A DNA stretch of 64,000 nucleotides, from the NCBI GenBank assembly GCA_951406725.2, contig OX597817.1, positions 11,718,001 to 11,782,000 on the forward strand, written 5' to 3'. This document shows positions 38,165-52,453 of the stretch, in pieces. The translations under genes were made by a program, and so were the position numbers. The stretch comes from Octopus vulgaris (taxonomy: Eukaryota). Below the pieces are notes generated by a model. That model worked only from the letters and a program-made list of their open reading frames with translations, was not told where the DNA came from and ran no database searches. Numbering within the stretch: position 1 is the stretch's first letter; each line of letters starts with the position of its first letter.

Positions 38165-38515
38165 TAGTTTTATTTTTATAGCGTGCTTTCACTTCACTAC
38201 CGAGCGCAGCTCTGTGTGCCTTAGGTATGTGCTGTGATTTGTTGTGATGCTCTGATGGTTATTGTATGGAAGTGTTCTGCGTAGGATGTGTGCAGTGCCT
38301 AGTAGTGCAATTTTCTGTATGTTATATGTGTTTGTAAGTCCTGGTGTTTTTGTTACGTATTTGCCTGAATATTTTTTTTATCATGCCTAATGCACCTATT
38401 ATGATAGGAATTGTTTCTGTTTTTAAATTTCACATTCTAGTTACCTCTATTTCCAGGTCTTTGTATTTTGAAAGTTTCTCCATTTCTTTTAGAGACACGT
38501 TGTCATCTGCCGCTA
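38162..38515 (-). mobile_element. 5'-truncated R4/Dong-like LINE within (TAA)n
   Basis: DDNVSLKEMEKLSKYKDLEIEVTRM*NLKTETIPIIIGALGMIKK...IQKIALLGTAHILRRTL; (TAA)n on both sides (38099-38161, 38516-38605). Confidence 0.85.
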
Positions 38516-38534
38516 TTGATATTATTATTATTGA

Positions 38535-38608
<74 letters not shown>

Positions 38609-38819
38609 GAGAACTCACAGTTTATTTTGCTGGGTATGATGGAAAGTGTCAGCAGTCCACAGCCAGCAGACTAAGGTGATACTAGTTTACTAGTCATGCT
38701 TCAAGAAGCCTGCGAAGAATTCTTGCAGTTCCAAGCAATGCTGATTTTTGTAGGTGTTCTACCTTCACACTTGCACTGATCTTTTTCAGCAATGTTGGTA
38801 ATTGAGTGCTGATAATCAA

Positions 38820-39253
38820 GGTGGTGAGCTGGCAGAATCGTTAGCACACCGGGCGAAATACTTAGTGGTATTTCGTCTGCCGCTACGTTCTGAATCTGAA
38901 CTCTGCCGAGGTCGGCTTTGCCTTTCATCCTTTCGGGGTCGGTAAAATAAGTACCAGTTATGCACTGGAGTCAATGTAATCGACTAGCCCCCCCCCCAAA
39001 ATCGACTTCTCCACAAAAGTTTTAAAGGCCTTGTGCCTAGAGTAGAAATAGTTATTAAGGTGCTGAGCAAGCAGCATCGTTAATATGTGATATTTCGCCC
39101 GTCGCTACATTCTGAGTTCAAATTCCTCCGAGGTTAACTTTGCATTTTAACATTTCGGGGTCGATAAATTAAGTACCAATGAAACACTGGTGTCCATGTA
39201 ATCGACTAGTCCCCTCACCCAGAATTTCAAACCTTGTGTCTATAGCAGAAAAG

Positions 39254-39255
<2 letters not shown>
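38820..39255 (+). mobile_element. Two tandem diverged SINE-B copies
   Basis: Heads at ~38820 and ~39058. Confidence 0.8.
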
Positions 39256-39315
<60 letters not shown>

Positions 39316-39319
39316 TATT

Positions 39320-40400
39320 GCCTTTGCACAGCTTCTAAAGTTGGAGATGTACTACAGCTTTCGTATCATTTGGTATGGCTACATCAATGATCTGACAGTA
39401 TTTGTCTTTCTAATTCAATATGACAATATCCGTCCGACGGTGTTCGATTACACGATCCGTCTGAAAATCACAGTCCCAGAGTATCGTTACTTTTCCATCT
39501 TCCTGCATAGCTTTACTTGGTACATGCTCATACCAGTTCTCTGTTACTTCATATTGGTATTTACGGCATAAGAGTCAATGAAGATACACACACACTTTAT
39601 AGTTGCGGCGCTTGTATTCTTTTTGTGCAAGGCTCTCACATCCAATTACTAAGAGTGTCACATTTTCTACACTCTTTCCACAGAGTCTGCATTTCTGGTT
39701 GTCAGAAGTTTTATAGATGTTATACTTCGCTGAATTGGTAGCGACACCCTGGTCGTGTACCGCAATGATCGAGCTTTCGGTGGTACACTTCAAATCACCT
39801 CGCTCAAACCATGCCCACGATGCTGTATTATCCTTAACGTCTTGTGCTTTCCTTTCAAACTGTCCATGCGTTCTCAAAGGTCTTCTTTTCTATTCTTCTC
39901 AGCTCTTTGGTTAAACTCTTCCTTGCCTATCATTTCACCTGTATTTACACCGATATCTTTCGCAGCATATTGCCACAGGTTTTCATCACTATTTATCAAA
40001 TACTCGGCAAGCGTTCTCCTTTCACTCCTTATACAATGATCTATACTAATTAGTCCTCTGCCACCATTCTTTCTTTTCATATACAATCTGTATACGCTTG
40101 CTTTAGGGTGTAGCGCCCCATGCAGCGTCATCAACTTCTCCGTCCTTCCATCCAGTGTTGATATTTCCTCCTTAGTCTATTTCAGGATAGACGCACTATA
40201 TCTGACCACTGCAACTGTCCAGATATCCATTGCGGTAATCAAATATTTGATATTCAGGTTAGATTTCAACACCATCTTCACCCATTTTTGATACGCCTTG
40301 CTGACCTTGTCTTTCATTTCTCTGTGTAGCATATCATCCAGCTCCCAAATCCCAAAATATCTATACCCACTACCGTTGGATTCACCCATGGTCTCTCCTT
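39320..40400 (-). mobile_element. Degenerate R4/Dong-like LINE (RT C-terminus, CCHC, RLE)
   Basis: YRYFGIWE, LHPKASVYRLYMKRKNGGRGLISI, CRLCGKSVENVTLLVIGC, ILWDCDFQTDRVIEHRRTDIV, IIDVAIPND; adjacent (TAA)n at 39255-39318. Confidence 0.88.
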
Positions 40401-40481
40401 TAATAAGCAGTTACATGCTTCCATAACATTTCCATTTGCAAAGACAGTTGACGGGAAAACTAATAGAAAAATTACGCAATA

Positions 40482-40643
40482 GGCGCAGGAGTGGCTGTGT
40501 GGTAAGTAGCTTGCTAACCAACCACATGGTTCCGGGTTCAGTCCCACTGCGTGGAATCTTGGGCAAGTGTCTTCTGCTATAGCCCCGGGCCGACCAATGC
40601 CTTGTGAGTGGATTTGGTAGACGGAAACTGAAAGAAGCCTGTA

Positions 40644-40720
<77 letters not shown>

Positions 40721-40950
40721 GTGTGTGTGTTTGTGTGTCTGTGTTTGTCCCCCCCAGCATTGCTTGACAACCGATGCTGGTGTGTTTACGTCACTGTCAC
40801 TTAGCGGTTCGGCAAAAGAGACCGATAGAATAAGTACTGGGCTTACAAAGAATAAGTCCCGGGTCGAGTTGCTCGACTAAAGGCGGTGCTCCAGCATGGT
40901 CGCAGTCAAATGACTGAAACAAGTAAAAGAGTAAAGAGTAAAAGAGAGAG
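40482..40950 (+). mobile_element. SINE-A
   Basis: Full copy. Confidence 0.9.
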
Positions 40951-40958
40951 AATATATA

Positions 40959-41367
40959 CGGTTTTAGACATTGGAGAGGCAATCCTGAGACTTGTATCAA
41001 TGGCCCTATCAGTACTGGTTGTCACCCTCAACCTTTTCTTCTTCTTCTTCTTCTTCTTCTTCTTCTTCTTCTTCTTCTTCTTCTTCTTCTTCTTCTTCTT
41101 CAGATTTCCTCTTTCGGTTTCTTCCACTCGTTTTCCTCCCCCTCCTTCCCTTTCTCCCTCTTATTTTTATGCGTATCCAACTTCTTAATACCCCCTCTCT
41201 ACATAATTTCTTCTGCCCTGATCCATCCCGCATACACACTTTTAATATTGTTTTTCCTTTTTATTTCCTCCCGATACTTTCAAAACAACAGGGTCTGATA
41301 AGCGGACAATGTAATAGCATAACTTTCATACAAGCCCGAGGAAGTGCCTCTCCAATGTCTAAAACTG
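40959..41367. mobile_element. MITE with ~40-bp imperfect TIRs, containing (TTC)n
   Basis: TA|CGGTTTTAGACATTGGAGAGGCA...TGCCTCTCCAATGTCTAAAACTG|CA. Confidence 0.75.
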
Positions 41368-41700
41368 CATACATTACGTAATTTTTTTATTAGAATTTTC
41401 GCGTAAACTGACATTGAAAATGGAGATGGTACGGAAACATGGGTAATTGATTATTAAAGATGTGCTAAATAATTTTTGTCGTCTTCTTCTTTTCATTGGA
41501 TTATTTCCTCTTCGCCAAAGCCCAATGTGGTATAGTGGTCATGAAACTTGGATTTTCTACACCAGAGGTATTCCGCCCTTGGCTTGGATCCCGAGCGTGT
41601 TGATAGCTCAGTATTCTGGTTGAGCGCTTCACTGGAAATCCATCAACCTCGCACCCAGCTGACAATAGCTATTTGCTCTCTGTCTCTCTGTCTCTCTCTC

Positions 41701-41784
<84 letters not shown>

Positions 41785-42049
41785 GTAGAAATATTTTACG
41801 AAAAGAAAATATAAAATACACGTTTGAACAATACCTTCGCGTAAACCACTGGTTCGTTTTGTTCTCTTACTTTATCATCTTATAATCATCTCATAATAAT
41901 GATCTTTATGACTCGTATTACTGCCTCAGTCAATCTAAATGTATATAATTGTCACTACTTCTCATTAATAGCCTTTTTCTATTTGCAATATGCATTTTCG
42001 TTGATTTTTCATATTTTACCCCCATATATATATTTATATACACATATAT

Positions 42050-43010
42050 ATAGTTGAAATTTACAAAAAAAAAAAGACGAAGACAGGAGTATGAACAACA
42101 AGCAGGTGTATTAATTAGTTTGATGCTCAGGAAGGTGAGAAAGTCTTTTACGTTTCTTCAACAGAAAGGAGAACGAGGAAATAAGCAGAGAGAGAAAATA
42201 TTAAAAAAATACTTTTGGATTTAGCGGTCAAGAGAAATACAATTGACGTATTATAAATTTATTAATATTATAATATAATTATGCTGTAAAAAAAATACAA
42301 TATAATATAAAAAATAATTAAGACAAATATGTATCCTACAATATGTTTCCATTAATATCTAGCGGGGAATTTATAAATACTTCACATCTCGTCATGGTAA
42401 TATTTGTCTAAAAAATAGACAAACATTTCATGCAAGGACTGCTAAATCATAAAATAGACTCATTTAAAATATATTTATGTTTATAAGCGTGAGCGTTAAT
42501 AATTTAAAAGCATAATAAATATAATAAAAGCACAACCAAAATTCAAATAGATAAGATAAATTATACAAAACAATTACAACGGTCATAAAATGTTCTTATG
42601 CCTCTTTAATAATATTAATCCAAAGATATTTTAATTTAAAATAATCACTGCACTTATTTATTATATAAAATCTATATCATATGTTATAAATTTATGGGGG
42701 AGTAGGAAATATATTTTATTTAAAATTTCTATATACTATTACGAAGAAAAATTAATAAAGATATATCTTATTTACACACTAAATTCCTTAAAGAGCTATA
42801 AATCAACCAAACTGCCATTTGGAGACTTTTGAAAACGATTTATGGAATAGTGTCATAGATATTAAAGTTGTTAAGTATCCCCTTGGGGGAATGAACATTT
42901 AACGAACCTAAGGTCATTAGTATGTGATCTTAAACGGAAAAATCGTACTATTGTGCAATCTGATAAAACCTGAAACTTATAGGATATGGATTTATTAAAA
43001 TATCATGAAT
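42050..43010. mobile_element. Penelope-like remnants
   Basis: 42820-43010 reads (frameshifted) FENDLWNSVIDIK...IVQSDKT*NL, resembling the PLE ADKT.N.Y motif; LTR-like sequence at 42050-42230. Confidence 0.45.
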
Positions 43011-43020
43011 AAGAGCTATA

Positions 43021-43445
43021 GGCGCAGGAGTGGCTGTGTGGTAAGTAGCTTGCTAACCAACCACATGGTTCCGGGTTCAGTCCCACTGCGTGGCATCTTG
43101 GGCAAGTGTCTTCTGCTATAGCCCCGGGCCGACCAATGCCTTGTGAGTGGATTTGGTAGACGGAAACTGAAAGAAGCCTGTCGTATATATGTATATATAT
43201 ATATATGTATGTGTGTGTATGTGTTTGTGTGTCTGTGTTTGTCCCCCTAACATTGCTTGACAACCGATGCTGGCTGGTATATTTACGTCCCCGTCACTTA
43301 GCGGTTCGGCAAAAGAGACCGATAGAATAAGTACTGGGCTTACAAAGAATAAGTCCCGGGGTCGATTTAATCGACTAAAGGCGGTGCTCCAGCATGGCCA
43401 CAGTCAAATGACTGAAACAAGTAAAAGAGAAAGAGAGAAAAAGAG
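43021..43445 (+). mobile_element. SINE-A
   Basis: Full copy. Confidence 0.9.
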
Positions 43446-44314
43446 TGTCTGTGTGGTAAGTAGTTTGCTTACAAACCACATGGCTCCAGGTTCAGTCTCA
43501 CTGTGTGGCACTTTGGGCAAGTGTGTTCTACTATAGCCTCGAGCCGATCAAACCCTTGTAAGTGGATTTGGTAGACGAAACCTGAAAGAAACCCGTCGTA
43601 AATATATATATATATATATATATATATTTAATCGTATCAAAGGGAAATGAAAATTAATTAAAATTTACATTTCCAGTGGTCTAACGTGTAAGGATTTAGT
43701 CCAAAAGACTATATATTAGTCATACGATATAGTTTATATTTAAACACATGAGGAATCCACTCATATGAATTCAACAAGCTAGAAAGAACAGCTAGGTTCT
43801 ATAACCACAAAAAAATTGGGATAAAATTCGACTGGAACGAAATGAAAAATATAGACATTTTACCATCTAGATGGTAAAATGTTTTTATTTTTCATCCCAA
43901 ATTTTTTGTGGTTATAGAACCTAGCTGTTCTTTCTAGCTTGTTGAATTCCTATGAGTGGATTCTTCATGTGTTTAAATATACACTATATCGTATGACTTA
44001 TATATATATATATGTATATGTGTGTGTGTGTTTGTGTGTGTGTGTGCGTGTTTGTGTGTGTGTTGTGTGTGTGTTGTGTGTGTGTATGTGTATATGCTTG
44101 TGTGTCTGTATTTGTCCCCCCAACGTTGCTTGAAAACCGATGCTGACATCGCTTGACAACCAATACCTTTACGTCTCCGTAACCTGGCGGTTCGGCAAAA
44201 GAAACGAAAGAATAAGTACTAGGCTTACAGAGAATATGTCCTGGGGGCGATTTGCTCGACTAAAGGCGGTGCTCCAGCATGGCCACAGTCAAATGACCGA
44301 AACAAGTAAAAGAA
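43445..44314 (+). mobile_element. Older SINE-A interrupted in its (TA)n by a palindromic insertion
   Basis: Head 43445-43600, insert ~43628-44000, tail ~44095-44314. Confidence 0.8.
43710..44006. repeat. Near-perfect spacer-less palindrome
   Basis: Centre ACATTTTACCATCT|AGATGGTAAAATGT at 43868/43869; arms match out to AGTCATACGATATAGT / ACTATATCGTATGACT with one ~20-bp bulge. Confidence 0.93.
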
Positions 44315-44739
44315 AGATTATAAATGAAATAGTATTTTTAACACTGGAACTGGGAGAGATCATTAGTGGTGAAAGTAAGAACGTTAGATGGCAGCAGGAT
44401 TAGACTATTAACTTAATTACAAATGATTAAATAAGTTTCAGATTAGTAACGGTTCTACGGCCATTAGCAAGAAGTCGAGGAATTTGGTACACTAGGGAAA
44501 TGGAAATTGTCACAACTAGTTTTATTAGTGTAGGTCCGACCTCACACATGTACATTAACGCAAAAAGAAATATTGTTCATTCAATTTTTGCTGTGTTAAA
44601 ACTGCGACAACGGTTTAATTTGAAAACAAGTATTTAACATTAATGTTTCACGCCACATATAACAGTTTCGCTTTTGAAACATTACACTTTATCCTTTCGG
44701 TTCAACTTCTCAAACATATAGTCACAAGAGTGGCATATA

Positions 44740-45150
44740 GGCGCAGGAGTGGCTGTGTGGTAAGTAGCTTGTTTACCAACCACATGGTTCCGGGTTCAGT
44801 CCCACTGCGTGGCACCTTGGGCAAGTGTCTTCTACTGTAGCCTCGGGCCGACCAAAGCCTTGTGAGTGGATTTGGTAGACGGAAACTGAAAGAAGCCCGT
44901 CCTATATATGTATATATATATATATGCGTGTGTGTGTGTTTGTGTGTCTGTGTTTGTCCCCCTAGCATTGCTTGACAACCGATGCTGGTGTGTTTATGTC
45001 CCCGTTACTTAGCGGTTCGGCAAAAGAGACCGATAGAATAAGTACTGGGCTTACAAAGAATAAGTCCCGGGGTCGAGTTGCTCGATTAAAGGCGGTGCTC
45101 CAGCATGGCCGCACTCAAATGACTGAAACAAGAAAAAGAGTACAAGAGTA
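44740..45150 (+). mobile_element. SINE-A
   Basis: Full copy. Confidence 0.9.
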
Positions 45151-46105
45151 ACCAGTGTTTGTAAGATGCAACAAGGGAGCTTCATTGTAATAGCTCGATC
45201 TAGATGAAATAGAAACCAAAATCCCTACTCAACACAGCCTGTATGTTGTTGCTCAAAACAGCCAGATCTTCAACAAATAGCATACATATGATTCTCATCC
45301 ACAATGGATATATTTATGACACTACATCTAAATGAATCATTCTTTTTTGTGAGGAAGTCACTGTAGTTCTGTTAAATTTGGTTCTAAGCGTAGTTGTCAT
45401 TTAAATATATGAAATTATCGTGAATGAGGAGACGCACCCACCTTTCAGAAATTTTAAGAAATAGGCATTAAAGACGATGATTTGCATAGTTATTCTCAAT
45501 ACATACCAGCAAATTCGAAAACGAAACATACTAGACGTTCTTGTGTACATCACAGGAGAACAGCTTCTTCTACGGTGACAGTGAGTTCATAATACACTCG
45601 GCTCATCAGTACAAGTAATCCAGGGACACCGGTGCTTCAACATGTTCTGTCGCCTCAACCAGAGATACCAGGACCTTTTGAGCCTATACAAACCGCTGGT
45701 TCTATTTATAATTTCAGCGAACAAAACCTGTCTTAAACTTGTAGGAATGACGAAATAATCCGATTTACCAACACTCAATCATAACAGACTCTACTCAGTT
45801 CTAAACTTAAGTTGTTGCATGAAAAGTAGACATCGTATATTATTTTGAAATTGTACTTATTTGACAAGTGGCATGATCTGGTTAGTGTTTTCAACATGAA
45901 AACATTTCATCGTGCAAAAAATAGCACAAAATGTTTTATATTCACAATTTACGATTTCATAATTGTGAAGCCTAATATGAAGTACCAAAATATTTCGTTG
46001 CATTTCTGCGCGTTATTTACTGATATTATTCTACTATTTTACTGTATTTTTCTAACTTAATAATAAACTGTACTACTAAGAAATAAACGCAAAGTGAATA
46101 CATCA

Positions 46106-46171
<66 letters not shown>

Positions 46172-46349
46172 CTATCTATCTATATATATATATATAAATA
46201 TATATATATACAAACTTACTTGGAGAAAAATATATATATATATATGCATGTATATATACATGTAGATATAGGTACGTACATATATGTAAGTATGCATATA
46301 TTTTATTTATCAAATTATATATATATATATATATGTATATATATGCATG

Positions 46350-46409
<60 letters not shown>

Positions 46410-47148
46410 CGCACATATATATGTATTTTATGTATGTATATATGTATATGTGTATTTATGAGCACCCCTCATACTCCTCTTAAAAACATGGTTTGACATT
46501 TTCCCGGAGCCATATCAACACCAATTTGTTGTAAGTACACATATGCTTGTGTGGTATTTAGGAATCAGATTTACATATTATTTCTATTCCAAACTCTTTA
46601 ACACTAAACTTCACTTTCTTCAGTATATTTTAGCAATTTTTTTCAAACATATCACACTCTTTGCGGTTTTTGCAGTTCTCATTGAAAGCTTTGTATAATG
46701 TGTTTTTGTGTGCGAGAGAACCCGTTCATATGCATACATCATATATGCACATATTTGACATGTATGTCGATATTTGGGGCGACATCGCCTATATCGTTGT
46801 CAAGATGGTACTTCCCCGTTTCCACATTTCACTAATTATTTCTTATAAATCCGACGCTATCATAAATAGCTGTTCTCAGTAAGCTGTACCCTGTTGGTTT
46901 AACGAAAAGTGGAACCGACACGATTTCTCTTACTCGCTTGTGTCAAGAACAAAAACGAAGAACAAGCAACAGGCAAAACACTTGGAAGTCTTGTCTGATA
47001 ACAGAGTAGGTATGACAGACATAGGATTGTGTTCTGACATGGCCTGTTACATTTTACACGCCAACTGAGGATTCTGTGATATTGGATTAGCTTTGACACA
47101 AGCATACATTTTAACACTCACGCACATACACCTACCCATACAACCGTC

Positions 47149-47212
<64 letters not shown>

Positions 47213-47729
47213 TATATACATATATATACATACATACATACATATATATATATATATATTTATATATATATGTATGTATGTATGTATACTTATGTATGTA
47301 TATATTTGTGTGCATGTATATGAGTGGACTGTGTGTGTGTTGTGTTGTGTTGTGTGTTTGTGTGTGATCTGTGTCTGTGGGTGTTCTACATATAATATAC
47401 CACCCAATTCACGTGCCTTTCCTCCTCTTTTTGTCGCTGCTGCGTCCCGCCCATCCAAACCTTATTCTAATTACTATTCAGATGCGTCATTTCCAGAATT
47501 GCAAACCTCTGAAACTACTTCGAAGTCTCGGTATTACCTAGAAATTACAAGAGTTCAAGTTGAATCTTAAACTACATTAACTTCAACAGTTAGGGTTAAA
47601 CTGAAATGCTTAAGGGCTGGCTCTGCTCCTACCTCAGACTATCTAAATATCTGTAAACAACTTTTAACCAAGCATTAATGGTGGACTCTCTGGGTGGTGA
47701 AGTCATTAAATCTGTAGACTGTTATTAAT

Positions 47730-48140
47730 ATTGGTTTCGAATTTTTGCACAAGGCCAGCAATTTCGAGTAAGAGGAAAGGTCGATTATACTGACTCCAGT
47801 GCTCAGCTGGTACTACTTTTATCGACTCTGAATGATGAAAAACGATCTAATTCCTAAATACCAAATAAGTATACGTGTTACTTAGTAGGACGTGAACTCA
47901 GAACACGGATGAAATACCTATTTTTTACTACCTACAAGGGGCTAAACACAGAGGAGACAAACAGACGGATTAAGTCGATCATATCGACCTCAGTGCGTAA
48001 CTGGTACTTATTTGATCGACCCCGAAAGGATAAAAGGCAAAGTCGACCTCGGCGGAATTTGAACTCAGAACGTAACGCCAGACGAAATACCGCTTAGCAT
48101 TTCGCCCGGCATGCTAACGATTCTGCCAGCTCGCCACCTT
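47730..48140 (-). mobile_element. SINE-B (young copy ~47915-48140 plus an older fragment)
   Basis: Reverse complement of the SINE-B body. Confidence 0.85.
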
Positions 48141-48356
48141 ATAATCAGTTATTAATATTAACAGAGAGACGTATTTTTTCTTCTCTATACAGTTTATATA
48201 GGAGGATTTTCTTAGATCTAGATGGTAATACCTGTCGAATTTACGTCACCCAAATACTGTTTGACATTCATATTTGTGTTTATGGGACTCGGCCATTTCT
48301 TTGTCGATCCGCACATAACTCATTGAGGAATTACTTAGCCATCTCTGTCCTCCCAC

Positions 48357-48396
<40 letters not shown>

Positions 48397-48685
48397 CTGT
48401 ATATATTTGATAATAAATGCTAGTCTCTCGTGTCCGAGGAAGACGATTGTGTTGCGTGGTCAACATCTGCGGACGCTCATGTGATTTCTTAGGCTGAAAT
48501 CACACGAGCGTCTTTCTTAGGCTGAAATCAGAAGCACAGATACGGATGCAAGTGAGGTAAGGTACACTGCCTATGTATGTATGTATGTCTCTTCTATCTT
48601 TTAATTATTATAAATCTTCCACTGAGGAAGGCGCCGATTTCCAAAAAAAGATATAAGGCACCATCTTTGGGATTCTTTTTTTTTT

Positions 48686-49083
48686 TCTTTTACTTGTTTC
48701 AGTCATTTGACTGCGGCCATGCTGGAGCACCGCCTTTAGTCGAGCAAATCGACCCCAGGACTTATTCTTTTGTAAGCCCAGTACTTATTGTATCGGTCTC
48801 TTTCGCCGAACCGCTAAGTGACGGGAACGTAAACACACCAGCATCGGTTGTCAAGCAATGCTAGGGGGACAAACACAGACACACAAACACACACACATTT
48901 ATATTATATATACATATATACGACAGACTTCTTTCAGTTTCCGTCTACCAAATCCACTCACAAGGCCTTGGTCGGCCCGGGGCTATAGCAGAAGACACTT
49001 GCCCAAGATGCCACACAGTGGGATTGAACCCGGAACCATGTGGTTGGTAAGCAAGCTACTTACCACACAGCCACTCCTTCGCC
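48686..49083 (-). mobile_element. SINE-A
   Basis: Full reverse-complement copy. Confidence 0.9.
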
Positions 49084-49320
49084 TATATGTAGTTAACAAA
49101 TTCACATTTGGAACTTTTATATTTTTACTGTTCCACTCACACATTGCACTTGCAATGTACGAATTTCCCGATCGATTTCCCTTTCTAAAATTCCCAGTTT
49201 ATCAAGATTCTCCTTTAAGCATTTACTAACAAAATATAGTGCCCCAATTATATTATTTGTATGGATATGAATTCATGGTCTGGATACAGAAGCTGGAGAA
49301 GCAGTTGTCCATAGATACCC

Positions 49321-49321
<1 letters not shown>

Positions 49322-49351
<30 letters not shown>

Positions 49352-49680
49352 TGTATGTATGTATGTATGTATGAATGTATGCATGTATGTATGTATGTAT
49401 GCATGTATGCATGCATGTATGCATGTATGCATGCATGTATGCATGTATGTATGTATGTATGTATGTATGTATATATGTATGTATGTATTTATGCATGTAT
49501 GTATGTATGTATGTATGTATGTATGTATGTATTTATGTATGTATGTATGTATGTATGTATGTATGTATGTATGTATGTATGTATATATGTATGTATGTAT
49601 GTGTGTGTATGTATTATGTATGAGTGTGTGTGCGTACGTTCGTGCGTACACGCGTATGTGTGTGTGTGTGTGTGTGTGTA
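49322..49680. repeat. (ATGT)n/(ATGC)n/(TG)n microsatellite
   Basis: Seen directly. Confidence 0.95.
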
Positions 49681-50037
49681 TAAACACACGCACACACCAC
49701 ACTCTCATCGATGTGTTGTATTGCTCGAGTGGCGATGCAATATCAATTATTTTCCCTTGCAAAATAACTTAAGAAAGATATCAATGATTTACTCCCAAAA
49801 ATGTCTACCTTGAGCTCAAGCTTTGTTAACTCGTCTCTCAAATGCTGGTGTCTTGATGAAGGCACCATTTTATTTTTCTATTAGTTACCTTATTTTGAGT
49901 GGTATGACAAGCGCATTGTTTCGTTTACGAGAAAAGTTTGGCTCTTTTTGTGACGTTAGCGGAGTTCGCTCTTTTAAAAATATGAGGTTAAGGAAAGAAG
50001 TCCCTTGGATCTGCCTCTTATATCTCCTAAACTCTCT

Positions 50038-50458
50038 CTTTTACTCTTTTACTCTTTTACTCTTTTACTTGTTTCAGTCATTTGACTGCGGCCATGCTGG
50101 AGCACCGCCTTTAGTCGAGCAAATCGTCCCCGGGACTTATTCTTTGTAAGCCCAGTACTTAGTCTATCGGTCTCTTTTGCCGAACTGCTAAGTGACGGGG
50201 ACATAAACACACCAGCATCGGTTGTCAAGCAATGCTAGGGAGACAAACACAAACATACACACACACACACACATATACATATATATACATATATAGGACG
50301 GGTTTCTTTCAGTTTCCGTCTACCAAATCCACTCACAAGGCTTTGGTCGGCCTGAGGCTATAGTAGAAGCCACTTGCCCAAGGTGCCACGCAGTGGGACT
50401 GAACCCGGTACCATGTGGTTGGTAAACAAGCTACTTACCACACAGCCACTCCTGCGCC
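50038..50458 (-). mobile_element. SINE-A
   Basis: Full reverse-complement copy. Confidence 0.9.
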
Positions 50459-50699
50459 TATCATTTTCCCCTTTGTGAACACTTCTCCCAAAATCTAAAT
50501 AGATTTTTCACTGAAAACATACGTTAGGTTCTTCAAAATGAACGACATGTACAATGTAGATATGTATTGCTATATAAAAATGTTGCACGGTCATGATTGG
50601 AAAGCCTTTGTTCATTATTCTGAACCAGGTATGATCGATTAGTAAACAACGACAAAGCGTCTCCATTATTACCTTGGTTTTGTTTCTCTTCTCACTGAC

Positions 50700-51150
50700 C
50701 GTTAGTATTGATTGTGCCGAGTCAGACCTGCTGTCATATATCACACACGCACAACTTGTGCTCCTGCGAACTTCACCGAAAGCAATGTTATTGCTCTTGA
50801 CATCAACGAAAATCTCGACCAGTATAAGAACTGACTATCAAAGTTGGCTGACTAAATGTTTCATCTATCCTTTATCTCTTGAAAGGAATTTTCTTGTCAG
50901 ACTGTTCCATTTCAATATATATCAACGGAATTCTCGCTGTGCCATATTCTAAGAACTCTGGTGTTGATCAAGGTAGGTTACTTTCCCTACAAAGCTTTTG
51001 TGCAAATAACCAATTCTTTCGCTGTCATTTCTAACTACACATAATATCTATATAGATTATACCACATTTCATCTCAGATGTGTTCAACCACACCAACTCC
51101 CCAAACGCAGCCTAGATACATCTCTCAAAACAATGTGTCAGTTCTATGAA
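50700..51150 (+). mobile_element. Decayed Jockey/CR1-group RT fragment
   Basis: DLLSYITH, SNVIALDINENLDQ and SISIYINGILAVPYSKNSGVDQG resemble the LDISKAFD and SGVPQG motifs. Confidence 0.6.
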
Positions 51151-51835
51151 GGAAGACATTGAAACAGCAGTCAATAGAACATTAGAACCTCATCCTATTA
51201 AACAGTGCCAAATGAGGATACAATATACAACACACAAATAAAACCTTTAAAATGTTTAAAGTTTACGAAAGATAGGCTTCGTAGCTTCTTACTTTTCATC
51301 GTTGCTATATATCAATAACAGTCACTTAAGATTGGGTTTTAAACGTTAGGCAATATCTATAGATCTAGAATTAGTTATAAGGGATTATTTTCTTATTACG
51401 ACACACAATTACAGCTGCTTTGAAGTAAAGTTCCCAATCGAGGAGAATGCAAACTGCATTAAAACAGCCTTTGATCTAAAAACCTTTATTCTGTAACAAG
51501 CTACAGTTAGTATCCTACAATTGTGCTATATCTTCTCTGTCCCCTCTGGAGTTAATACAACTGTTCTTGCTCTTTTCAACAATCAATCTGTGCCAAACTC
51601 GTCATAGTCATTTGATTTACCTACTTTTCTTAAATTTTACCTTTCCAGAGCAACAAATCCGCAGTTTCTCAGTTTCCTCACAACACTGTGTGTAAATACT
51701 CCCAAAGATATATTTTAAACAAATGTCTGAATCTCTTACCTGCTTCCCATTTTCCCTACAATATTAAATTGCGAACTAACCACTATGTTAGCGAAATTAA
51801 CGAGAAGAACGCTTGCATATAAGAATATAGTTACA

Positions 51836-52159
<324 letters not shown>

Positions 52160-52453
52160 AACAACAATTTACTGATTTGTTGCAAGAATTGGAAATTCAA
52201 CTTTTTATACAATCTTGTCGTTTGGGGACAGAAAACAAAACGCACTAAACATAGCAGTTGCTAAAAAGAAATTGAGAGAAAAGCAAATAGTATAAAATAC
52301 GCTACTGCTGTTCTTTGGCCTCTATATATCTTTCTCTCCAAAAAGAACAAATGATCGAAACGTTAGACTTTCTACTCCTTTCACCTTACTCATCATGCTT
52401 TTAGCTACACTGGCCACCACCCATTTTCTTGGATTCCATATCTTAGCCTAAAC

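Noticed and set aside
51735-51760. Minus-strand micro-exon with ATG (TTGTAG|GGAAAATGGGAAGCAG|GTAAGA)
   Set aside because: Good donor but poor pyrimidine tract and no supporting exons
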